Assembly: GCA_002796835.1 (NCBI GenBank)
Contig: LUGL01000011.1
Span: 5,191 to 32,000, forward strand
Origin: Elainella saxicola E1
GTDB lineage: Bacteria; Cyanobacteriota; Cyanobacteriia; Elainellales; Elainellaceae
Length of the DNA: 26,810 bases
Direction: 5' to 3'
Shown here piece by piece: positions 8,345 to 16,408 of this stretch (position 1 is its first letter; every line of letters starts with the position of its first letter). The notes below the pieces were generated by a model, which saw only the letters and a program-made list of their open reading frames with translations, had not been told where the DNA came from and ran no database searches. The translations under genes were made by a program, and so were the position numbers.

Positions 8345-10186
8345 ATGAGTGAAGCAAACACCCCTTTCAATCCTCAAGGTCAATCTGAATCAGAAGTGCA
8401 GTCTGCTGAGAGTGGCCGCCAAATTCCAACGAAAAACCTGAAAGGGGCAAAAATGACCAACCCTGCATCCCCAGGTCGTTTGCCACTAGATGCTCATCAA
8501 ATCTTTGACGCCAGTACTTTGGATGATGCGTTTGAAGACGGTTCACCCGCTTTACCTGAAGCCGCTATTCCGACTGAAGTCCCAACCCTAACTAATGCAG
8601 CACCCGTAGTCCCCAATAATTTGGTGTCGATCGCAGCCTGGTCCCAAGAAACCGTTCAACCGCCAGAATCCCCCAACCTGCCCGATTTAATTGCGCTTAT
8701 TCAAGAGCTGAATCAGTGTAATGGTGCGTTGATGGATCGGGTTGCCCAACTTGAAGAAGCCCTGGAATATAGCCAAAGTGCGCTACAAGCAGAGGTAGGA
8801 CGCACCCAGGACGTACAAACTGCCTATAACGCTCAGGATTGGACGGCGGTACAGGAGCAAATTACAACATTGTTCAATCAGCTTGAGTTCGCGCATCAAA
8901 CGAATCAGCGTCAGCAAATTCTGGTTGAAACCGTCACCGGGCAATTAGAAAGCAGCCAAGAACGGGTTGCTGAACTAGAACGCGAAGCTGCTCTTTTGCA
9001 ACAACGCTATAACGAGCAAACTCAAGCCTTGCAGAAATCAGAAAATACCTGCCGCGATCTTCAAGCCCGTCTCCAGCGGCAACAGCGTTACACTCTGCAA
9101 TTTAAGGCAGCTTTAGAAAAAAGCCTGGAAGTTCCAACTCCCCAATATGAAGTTCCTGCGATCGCTCCAGAAGTTCCCGTTGCCATTACAGAAGCCCCTT
9201 TCCCGAAAGTGCAGCGGATTCAGCCCTGGTCGGCTCAGACCCATACTTCAGCAAAGGCTTCTGCTTGGATGAAGGTGCAAAATTTGGAAGTTCCACCTCA
9301 AGAAGAACCGATCGCTGAATCCAACCAAGAACCGAGCAAACCCCAGGTGGAGGCACCAGAACGTCTGCAAACGACACATCTGAATTTGCCTGCCTTTGGT
9401 ATGCCGCTGTTACAAGTGAACTCAGCAGATGAAGCAGATTCCTCGACCTCACCAGCCGCGATCGATCGATCGATTGAAGAGCAAGTGCAGCGTCTCACTA
9501 CCGATCCAGCCTTAAAACAGCAGTTAGATGATGCCGTGAAACCCCTGGCCGATATGCTGGCCGAGGCTCTCTTAGCAGATCAACAGCCAACGGTTGCCGT
9601 CAATCCTCCCGCCAATCGCTCAACTGAGGCAGCTTCCTCCCCGACGTCAGATTCAGATCCACTGGCTTCAGTCATGGCTGATGCAGAAGATGCACTCTGG
9701 CAGGATTTAGCTCGCCTGATTGATGTCTCTACCGAAGATGTGGTGAAAGCAAGTCTTTCGGGTGATCTGGCTGCATTTGAGTCGATCGACTTTGCTGCAA
9801 TTCAGGCAAATCCACCGGTATCAGCTCAAGTGACGACACCAGAAGAACCGGCCATCCCTCGGCAAAACCCACCAGCCCAGAAGCGGCCAGTGGCTCAAAC
9901 GGAGGCGTCAGTTACACATGCTCCGGTCGCTCATACTGCAAGCACCTCCGCTAAGACGCCAGATCTCAAACTGGCAGATGCCGCTGCTGTGGCTCCCTTA
10001 ATCCGCAAAATGGCTCAGGCCCAAGCAGGGTCGACTGGAGAGCAAGCTGACGACCCATCTACTCAAGGTTTCATTCCAGCCCTGGAAAACTCCAGTTGGC
10101 CTTCGCCAGTTGTCTATCCACTGCGTCCGACTAAGAAGCGTCAGTCTTTAGCGATGGTTGATTTGCCAACATTTCCACAAGGCTAA
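8345..10186 (+). CDS. Coiled-coil plus Pro/Ala/Ser/Thr-rich protein of unknown function
   Basis: Long ORF with one clean frame. It has a heptad-like Q/E/L-rich segment (LIQELNQCNGALMDRVAQLEEALEYSQSALQAEV...LQARLQRQQRYTLQFKAALEKS), then an acidic/Pro-rich low-complexity tail. I prefer ATG 8345 (MSEANTPF) because the upstream in-frame Cys-rich 45 aa from ATG 8210 look non-native. Confidence 0.7.
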   Translation: MSEANTPFNPQGQSESEVQSAESGRQIPTKNLKGAKMTNPASPGRLPLDAHQIFDASTLDDAFEDGSPALPEAAIPTEVPTLTNAAPVVPNNLVSIAAWSQETVQPPESPNLPDLIALIQELNQCNGALMDRVAQLEEALEYSQSALQAEVGRTQDVQTAYNAQDWTAVQEQITTLFNQLEFAHQTNQRQQILVETVTGQLESSQERVAELEREAALLQQRYNEQTQALQKSENTCRDLQARLQRQQRYTLQFKAALEKSLEVPTPQYEVPAIAPEVPVAITEAPFPKVQRIQPWSAQTHTSAKASAWMKVQNLEVPPQEEPIAESNQEPSKPQVEAPERLQTTHLNLPAFGMPLLQVNSADEADSSTSPAAIDRSIEEQVQRLTTDPALKQQLDDAVKPLADMLAEALLADQQPTVAVNPPANRSTEAASSPTSDSDPLASVMADAEDALWQDLARLIDVSTEDVVKASLSGDLAAFESIDFAAIQANPPVSAQVTTPEEPAIPRQNPPAQKRPVAQTEASVTHAPVAHTASTSAKTPDLKLADAAAVAPLIRKMAQAQAGSTGEQADDPSTQGFIPALENSSWPSPVVYPLRPTKKRQSLAMVDLPTFPQG

Positions 10187-10221
10187 TCGATGATATTTTC
10201 AGAATGACCGTTTTCATCGGG

Positions 10222-11001
10222 TTAACCGATCGGACTGCCGAAATCCTGGGTCCAGTAATAGCGATAGTTTGCAGTTCCAGCATCGTTTTCTAAAAAGTAA
10301 AAGCCAATCCCCATTTCTTTGAGCAGGGGATGCAGGATATTTTGGCGGTGGCTCGGACTCTCCATCCAGGCTTGCACTACGCTTTCCGGGGTGGAGAAAC
10401 CAGCGGCAATATTTTCTCCGACAAGGGCATAGTTGTATCCAGCGGCCAAAACCCGATCGTCTACTTTAGAACCACTTGATCCGCCATGTCCAAAGAAATC
10501 ATTCAGAGCCATATCTTCGCTGTGGCTTTGAGCTGCGGCGCTGAGTGAAGAATTCAGCCGCACGGGTTTTAAGCCTGCTTGCTGACGTTGATTGTTCACA
10601 AGGGCTAAGACCTGGTCGGCCAGAGAAAGGGTTGGATTTGGCTGGGTTGATAGTGAGGCATCGGTCGTAGCTGTAGCTCCAATTTTTAACTGGTAATGGG
10701 TTTTACCTGCTTTCCGAAAAACTCGCACATAGTAGGTTCCTGGTTCTACCGCCTGTGCAATCGACTCATTGCTATGCCCTGACTGAGCCGATCGGCTAAT
10801 AGTTTTCCCTTGCTCGTTGACCAACGCCAAGTCAGCGTTTGCTTGCAGTCCAGATAGGGACAAATTGAGGGTACTGCGTTGATTCAAACGAAGGCGATAG
10901 AAGCGATCGGAATTGTTGTCTTGAAGGTTGCCTCGATACCTGCTCTGCCCCAGCGGTAAATTTACATTCGTTGCCGATCGAAGAGAGTTTGCAGAGCGCA
11001 T
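10222..11001 (-). CDS. PPC (pre-peptidase C-terminal-like) domain + CAP/SCP (YkwD-like) domain protein
   Basis: PPC pattern DRFYRLRLNQRSTLNLSLSGLQANADLALVNEQG...VEPGTYYVRVFRKAGKTHYQLKI. CAP domain LVNNQRQQAGLKPVRLNSSLSAAAQSHSEDMALNDFFGH...VGENIAAGFSTPESVVQAWMESPSHRQNIL. ATG 11001 has an in-frame stop two codons upstream, so no signal peptide can be added. Confidence 0.85.
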   Translation of the reverse strand: MRSANSLRSATNVNLPLGQSRYRGNLQDNNSDRFYRLRLNQRSTLNLSLSGLQANADLALVNEQGKTISRSAQSGHSNESIAQAVEPGTYYVRVFRKAGKTHYQLKIGATATTDASLSTQPNPTLSLADQVLALVNNQRQQAGLKPVRLNSSLSAAAQSHSEDMALNDFFGHGGSSGSKVDDRVLAAGYNYALVGENIAAGFSTPESVVQAWMESPSHRQNILHPLLKEMGIGFYFLENDAGTANYRYYWTQDFGSPIG

Positions 11002-11236
11002 AGGTCAGTTTCTAGCTCCATGATTAGGCAGAGCTAGTTTGGCCCGATCCCCTCAACCGAATGCTCAGTGTTTACGTCTAAATTTAGACGGCTTCATATT
11101 GGGATTACGTATTTCTGCTCAGCCAAGCCGGAAATACAAAGCTTTGCACAAGGTTTCAGTTCATCCAGTTTGAAGCGAGACATGCTACGTAGAACCACGA
11201 TGCAGCAGCCGGACGAATTTTTCATGAGTTATACGC

Positions 11237-11262
11237 AAATAAAAACCTCCCAAACGGGAGGT
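11237..11262 (-). terminator. Rho-independent terminator after the ELWxxDGT-repeat gene
   Basis: Perfect stem CCTCCC (11246-11251) / GGGAGG (11256-11261) with loop AAAC, extendable by an A-T pair. On the minus strand it is followed by TTTTTATTT. It lies ~60 nt downstream of the stop at 11320-11322. Confidence 0.6.
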
Positions 11263-11319
11263 CGGAGCATCAATGAGTTATGAAGTAATAAAAGATACGA
11301 CGGTCTGAGCCAGGTTTAA

Positions 11320-13944
11320 CTAGGCAGGCACGCTCCAAGGTTCAGCACCATTGACACCGTCGTTGGCAACAAAGAATAACTGGCCACCAATTGCTGCAAG
11401 AGCATTAGGCGACGAACCTGCTACGCCGTTGACTAGTTCAAACGTCGACAACGTACCTTGCGTTGCACCTGATAGGGTAACTGCTCGCAATTCCTCACCT
11501 GCGGTCGCATCAGTGGCCACAAAGAAGAGTGTATTGTTGACGATCGTCAGGTTCTTGAAGTTGCTGAAATTGCCCAGGTTGCTCAATCCAGTGAAGGATG
11601 AAAGCTTGACCGCATTTGCAGTCGTAGAATCCGTAATCCAGAGATCGCTTCGAGTGCCATCATTGGCTGCAAACAAGACGCGATCGCCCAAGCGAACCAG
11701 GCTATTCGGACTCGAATTGGAAGCTCCTGCGGCGACATCTTTCACTAGCTCTGGTGTCACAGCCTCTGAAGTGTTGGCATTAAATTTCAGTCGGAACAGC
11801 TCAGTACCAGTGGTTGTATCCGTCGCAGCAAAATACAGGGTCTTCGTACTATCTACATAAACCATCGGCTGAGGATCCAAAATACCCGCAGCAAAATTGC
11901 CGTTCAAATTGAAGCGAGTGAACTTGGTTGGATCGTAAGCGCCAGTTGTAAAGCTATCGATCCGAATTAATTCTCGCTGGAGACCGGAGCCACTTGGGAC
12001 GGTTACATCAGCCGTAAGGAACAGATTGCCACCCACGTCAATCAGGTTTGCAGGACTAGAACTGCTGCCATCGGGGGCGAGTTTCATGAGCTCTAGTTGA
12101 ACAGCACCACCGCCCGTCGTATTTGTTCGCCACAAGTCGGTATCACCATTTGTTGCATCTACGGCTGAGAAGTAAAGTGTTCCGTTGATGTTGGTTAACT
12201 TATCAAAGGTTTGAATGTTGCTGGCTGCCAGATCAGTGCTGGTAATCTCTTCTGCGGTGCTAGTACCTTGAGTGACTCGATAGAGTTTGCTATTTTGGGC
12301 TCCTCCTCCCGTCAACACCTTGGTGTAGAAGTAGAGATCTGAGCCAACTGCCGTTAAGCCTTGTGGATTAGAGCTTGCGGTTCCTGCCTCCAGGTCAGCA
12401 ACGAGTTTTGTCCCATTGGTTGTGCCGTCACTCGTCCAGAGCTCAGCTCCTGTTTCAGCCGTTTTAGCCACGAAATACAACTTACCATTCACATTGGTGA
12501 AGTTGCTTAATTCCGTATTGACATCAAAATCGAAAATTCGGGTAGTGCGGTTGAGTGTTCCTTCTGACTGCCACAGAGAATTCTTGGCCGTTCCTTGAGC
12601 ATCCCGAGAGTTTGCCGAGAAATAAGAAATTCCGCCCACCTCAGTAAAGTTAGTGGCCCCTGAGCTTGCACTTCCCACCAAAATGTCTCGAACAATACTG
12701 GGGTTCGAACTTCTGGATGTAAAGGTCAGTTTAAGGTTATAGGTTGAACCATCCGTACTGCCCGTTTGAGGTCGTACTCGCAGGAAGTAAGTTGTGCCAC
12801 CTTGCAGCGTACCGCCGAATACTTCTGCGGCTGTCCCTAAACTATTTGCGGATAACCCTTCATTGATCGGTTGCCCTTGTTCGTACAGGTCAACGTCTAA
12901 ATTGCCAAATAGGGCATTACCATCAGTTGATTTGCCAGTCAGTTCTACTTTGACAAAGCCACGCGAAGGCAAGGTGAACTTGTAATAGTCCACAGGCGAC
13001 TCTTTACCATTGGCAACGACATAATTGACACGGGGTGAAATGAAACTCCCCAGATCATTGGCAGTACCTTCTGTGTTGCCGATCGTATCCTCTAGATCGA
13101 TCAATTTCAGCGAGAAATCTGTTTTTGCTGTATTCCCGGCTTTGCGGAAAATTCGCAGGATGTACTTACCAGTGTCTAGGGGCTGAATAAATCTTTCTGC
13201 ATTCGTTCCAGTATTTGCTGATGTTCGAAGCACTGTGCTGGCATCTGCGGAAAGCAGCTGAACATCTGCATCGGCACTTAGACCCGTTAAGTTAACTTGA
13301 AAATCACCTTTTGTGACATCGATCGAATATCGCTTCTCCTTTTCACTATCAGTGAGGCTACCCGTAGCCGTCTTGGTATCAGGCAACGGCACAACTGGAA
13401 TTGGAGTTGGAGTCGGGTTTGGATTGGGGTTTGGATTAGGGTTTGGATTAGGGTTTGGATTGGGGTTTGGAACCGGTACTGGAACCGGCACTGGAACCGG
13501 TGTTGGACCAGGAGTTGAAATTGGCGTACTAGCAATTTGGGCGACATAAGCTGTTTTTTCGCCTTGTTTACGGAGAAAACGGACAAAGTAGTCGCCTTGT
13601 TCAAGCGCACTGATCGAAATTTTTTCGGGTTTATTGCCAGTCTTGGTTGACTGAGCAACCAACCGGAAATTCGTGTTGCGCTCTTTAGAGGTTAGTGTCC
13701 TAAAATCCTTTTTACCAATGCTTTTTAAGACTTGACTGACGGGGCGCAGAAACCGATAGAGTTGAACATCAACATTGTTTTTCTTAGCAATTTTAGAAAG
13801 CCCGAGTTCAAAACTGCTGCGTTGGCCGTTGTTGAAGCGGACCAGATCATCAAAATCCGTGCCTTTAAATGAACCACTAACACTGGAATTGCTTGAAATT
13901 AATCTGGCTCCGTTCAACCGACTATCTCGATCGCCTTGCGCCAT
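11320..13944 (-). CDS. Large multidomain protein: three PPC-like domains, a PV/NP/PT linker, and C-terminal ELWxxDGT-type repeats (probable beta-propeller)
   Basis: PPC-like endings GDYFVRFLRKQGEKTAYVAQI, GKYILRIFRKAGNTAKTDFSLKL and GTTYFLRVRPQTGSTDGSTYNLKLTF. Linker PVPVPVPVPNPNPNPNPNPNPNPNPTPTP. About 9 repeats ending SLWQSEGT, ELWTSDGTTNGT, DLWRTNTTGGG, DLWITDSTTANA, EPWSVPA and similar. I prefer ATG 13944 over TTG 14004. Confidence 0.85.
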   Translation of the reverse strand: MAQGDRDSRLNGARLISSNSSVSGSFKGTDFDDLVRFNNGQRSSFELGLSKIAKKNNVDVQLYRFLRPVSQVLKSIGKKDFRTLTSKERNTNFRLVAQSTKTGNKPEKISISALEQGDYFVRFLRKQGEKTAYVAQIASTPISTPGPTPVPVPVPVPVPNPNPNPNPNPNPNPNPNPTPTPIPVVPLPDTKTATGSLTDSEKEKRYSIDVTKGDFQVNLTGLSADADVQLLSADASTVLRTSANTGTNAERFIQPLDTGKYILRIFRKAGNTAKTDFSLKLIDLEDTIGNTEGTANDLGSFISPRVNYVVANGKESPVDYYKFTLPSRGFVKVELTGKSTDGNALFGNLDVDLYEQGQPINEGLSANSLGTAAEVFGGTLQGGTTYFLRVRPQTGSTDGSTYNLKLTFTSRSSNPSIVRDILVGSASSGATNFTEVGGISYFSANSRDAQGTAKNSLWQSEGTLNRTTRIFDFDVNTELSNFTNVNGKLYFVAKTAETGAELWTSDGTTNGTKLVADLEAGTASSNPQGLTAVGSDLYFYTKVLTGGGAQNSKLYRVTQGTSTAEEITSTDLAASNIQTFDKLTNINGTLYFSAVDATNGDTDLWRTNTTGGGAVQLELMKLAPDGSSSSPANLIDVGGNLFLTADVTVPSGSGLQRELIRIDSFTTGAYDPTKFTRFNLNGNFAAGILDPQPMVYVDSTKTLYFAATDTTTGTELFRLKFNANTSEAVTPELVKDVAAGASNSSPNSLVRLGDRVLFAANDGTRSDLWITDSTTANAVKLSSFTGLSNLGNFSNFKNLTIVNNTLFFVATDATAGEELRAVTLSGATQGTLSTFELVNGVAGSSPNALAAIGGQLFFVANDGVNGAEPWSVPA
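13400..13508. repeat. In-frame microsatellite-like coding repeat (6/12-bp units) encoding (PT)(NP)n(VP)n
   Basis: GGGTTTGGATTR units from ~13414 to 13470, then GGAACCGGYACT units from 13471 to 13506 (plus-strand reading). This is the linker of the 11320-13944 gene. Confidence 0.85.
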
Positions 13945-14531
13945 AACTGTACTACCCCATACTTCTTGACACAACCTATTTTTCCCGCTTCTAGCCCTAA
14001 ACAAATCACTTAGGATAAAGTTTTGCTGAGGCTAAAAGAACAAGCTATTTCCCTAATTGACTGAATTCTTAAGATTTAAGAGCCTTGAAACCACGAATTG
14101 TTTCAAACGATCGTTGTTAACTAGATCAATTGGATTGCTGGAACAGTGATCTTGAACCGTGATTTTACTGAATCGTCCTGAAAAGTTGTCAACAGAAGTT
14201 CCAGTGAAACTACAGGATTCAGTTGAATGGATTCTATTTCCAAAGACAGATCGAACAAAGGTTAAAAATCCATCTCAAGGGAGCCACGGCAAACTTTTTC
14301 AGCTTGATAGACTTTTACCCAAGCAATTGTTAATTAACAATGTGTTTTGTAGATGACACCTCTATCAATAACTTTTGGCATTCCATCGCTGATCTCTAAA
14401 TTTTCTATCGCTGAAAATTATAGCGACAGAATATGGAGAAAGGACATAAGACTGTCGTAGAACAATTTCCCCTTATCCGCGATTAAGCCAAGCTTATTGA
14501 TAGAGGTCTATATTTACCGATCGAGATTTTT

Positions 14532-14972
14532 ATGTCAAATCAAGTTCTCACCCGTGGTCAAGCCGAGCGTAACTTATCTCAAAAGATTCAAGCGCTTTAT
14601 CGAAGTCAGCTTGGTCATCAACCTGGCAAGATTACCTGTCAGTTGTTTGATGAAAAGCTCGCCATTATCATCGAAGACTCTGTAACTCAACCAGAGCAGC
14701 TTTTAGCAGAAGAGGGACGCATTGAGCTTGCCGAGCAAGTTCGGGCTGACCTCGACCAGGCCATCCGGCCCCAGCTCAGAATGTTGATCGAAGAAATTTT
14801 AGAGGTTGATGTTTTAGATTTGCTCAGTGATGCCACCTTGGCAACGGGCCGAACCGGCATTATTGCGGTTTTGAAAGCTCCTCCTGAGTTTCGGCAGCCG
14901 AATTCCAATTCCAACCATAAAATTTTGAGAAAAGACGATCGGCCAAGACACTCCCATGAAATCAATTCATGA
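14532..14972 (+). CDS. DUF2294 / MpsC-like protein (paralog 1)
   Basis: Family-like layout: GQAERNLSQKIQALYRSQLGHQPGKITCQLFDEKLAIIIEDSVTQPEQLLAEEGRIELAEQVRADL...TGRTGIIAVL, followed by a ~30-aa basic tail. Confidence 0.8.
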   Translation: MSNQVLTRGQAERNLSQKIQALYRSQLGHQPGKITCQLFDEKLAIIIEDSVTQPEQLLAEEGRIELAEQVRADLDQAIRPQLRMLIEEILEVDVLDLLSDATLATGRTGIIAVLKAPPEFRQPNSNSNHKILRKDDRPRHSHEINS

Positions 14973-15334
14973 TGCAACATCTTATGGAGGCATCGATCGA
15001 AAAAAACATTGCCGCTGAAATGCAAGCGCTTTATTGCACTCAGCTTGGCAAGTCTCCAGATCAGCTAACTTGTCAGCGCTTTGAAGGCAAAGTTGTAATT
15101 CTGATTGAAGGGGGTCTGACACAGCCAGAGTTGTTGCTGCTGCATCAAGGGCAAACAGCGCTAGTCCAGCAAGTGAGAGACTCCCTGAATCACATTCTTA
15201 ACCCTAAAGTAAAGGCTTTGATTGAACAGGCAACTGAGACAACAGTCATAGATTTGTTGACCGCAGTTCATCTAGAGACCGATCGCATTAGTTTCGTTGC
15301 TATCTTTGCACCAAAATCAGATAGTCATGAGTGA
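14969..15334 (+). CDS. DUF2294 / MpsC-like protein (paralog 2)
   Basis: Same architecture as paralog 1: IAAEMQALYCTQLGKSPDQLTCQRFEGKVVILIEGGLTQPELLLLHQGQTALVQQVRDSL. Its ATG overlaps the upstream stop in ATGA (14969-14972), which indicates translational coupling. Confidence 0.8.
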   Translation: MMQHLMEASIEKNIAAEMQALYCTQLGKSPDQLTCQRFEGKVVILIEGGLTQPELLLLHQGQTALVQQVRDSLNHILNPKVKALIEQATETTVIDLLTAVHLETDRISFVAIFAPKSDSHE

Positions 15335-15369
15335 GGATCGGACATTGCCAGGAAACAGCACTGTAGCAA

Positions 15370-15813
15370 TTAAGCGTCTTCACAATAGAGCAATTCGACT
15401 TGAAGGTGCCGTCGCACAATCGACTCTAAATCATCAACCATATAGGGCTTACTGAGATAATCAGCAAATCCTTCTGCTAAAAGCTCCTGTCGATCTTCAG
15501 GGGTTGCTAATCCAGTAATTGCAATGACGGGAATTTGGCAAGCCAGATGATGCTGTTTTAAGCGGCGAATAAAGTCGATCCCATGCATGTCAGGCATGAT
15601 CACGTCCAGCAAAATCAGGCTAGGTTGCCGTTCGATCGCAATGGCTAAAGCAGCTTGACCACTAGTTTCACCAATAAACTCACAATTTAGTACTTCAAGA
15701 GCACAGCCAATTAATACAAGATTGTCGTTGTCATCATCGATCGCTAAAATAGTCGGCTTTTGATAAGTGGATGCCTCACAAGTACCACTGAACTCCATAA
15801 GATAAGTCTTCAT
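15370..15813 (-). CDS. Single-domain CheY-like response regulator
   Basis: REC motifs ILAIDDDNDN, LILLDVIMPDMHG, PVIAITG and DYLSKP. There is no output domain. The first ~20 aa lie outside the domain, so the start could be Met6. Confidence 0.85.
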   Translation of the reverse strand: MKTYLMEFSGTCEASTYQKPTILAIDDDNDNLVLIGCALEVLNCEFIGETSGQAALAIAIERQPSLILLDVIMPDMHGIDFIRRLKQHHLACQIPVIAITGLATPEDRQELLAEGFADYLSKPYMVDDLESIVRRHLQVELLYCEDA

Positions 15814-16155
15814 CGTCGAAACTCCATGACCTACTGCGGCAAATCCTGGTCAAGAGCGGACGAGGCATTCCTTCGGCGGCAATGGACGCTCAAGGAGGTG
15901 GCTCATGTCCATATAAATTGTAGAAGCGTTACTGCTCTCAGTCCCAAGAGGAGCAACTGATACCTAGCTAGACCAATTACCTTTTTGCCAAGCAATGCTT
16001 CTACTTCAGAATAAAACAACAGGTAAATAAAATAATAGGCAAAAAGCTAATTTCTTTGGAAGCCTGTACTTTTGCAAAGAAAATGCGAAGAACAGTAAAT
16101 CAGCTTTACAAAGACTTTAAGTGTTGAACTTCAATATATCAACGCTCTCATGATA

Positions 16156-16183
16156 TTGCAACTTATCATTAAAACTTTATTAT
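16156..16183 (+). promoter_or_regulatory. Candidate sigma70-type promoter TTGCAA-N16-TATTAT
   Basis: TTGCAA 16156-16161 and TATTAT 16178-16183 in the AT-rich spacer upstream of the RodZ-like gene. It would give a ~220-nt leader. This is a pattern match only. Confidence 0.25.
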
Positions 16184-16408
16184 AGATTGTTAGGTTCTGA
16201 TACAAAGACTTAACTGTCAAGGTTCAGGACAAAGGGGTGAGGTAAATCTATGCCTTAGTCCACTAGGGCTATACAATTTGATAGCTTTGCAACTTGGGCA
16301 AGACCAATTCGATGAATTGGGTTGAAGGACGCTTGAAATAAAATCCCGTCTCCAGGTAATTTAAAGGGCACAGCCGATCTATATGCAGCAGCGCAGGGGG
16401 GATCTCAG

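Noticed and set aside
13287-13658. ORFs 13287-13658(-), 13297-13518(+) and 13313-13549(+), with striking periodic peptides (GFGL, WIRV, QTLI repeats)
   Set aside because: They are alternative-frame readings of the (NP)n/(VP)n coding microsatellite inside the 11320-13944 gene.
14532-15334. 4-bp-overlapping small gene pair as a toxin-antitoxin module
   Set aside because: The two proteins are paralogs of each other (same DUF2294-like layout), not a toxin/antitoxin pair. No DNA-binding or nuclease-like motif is visible.
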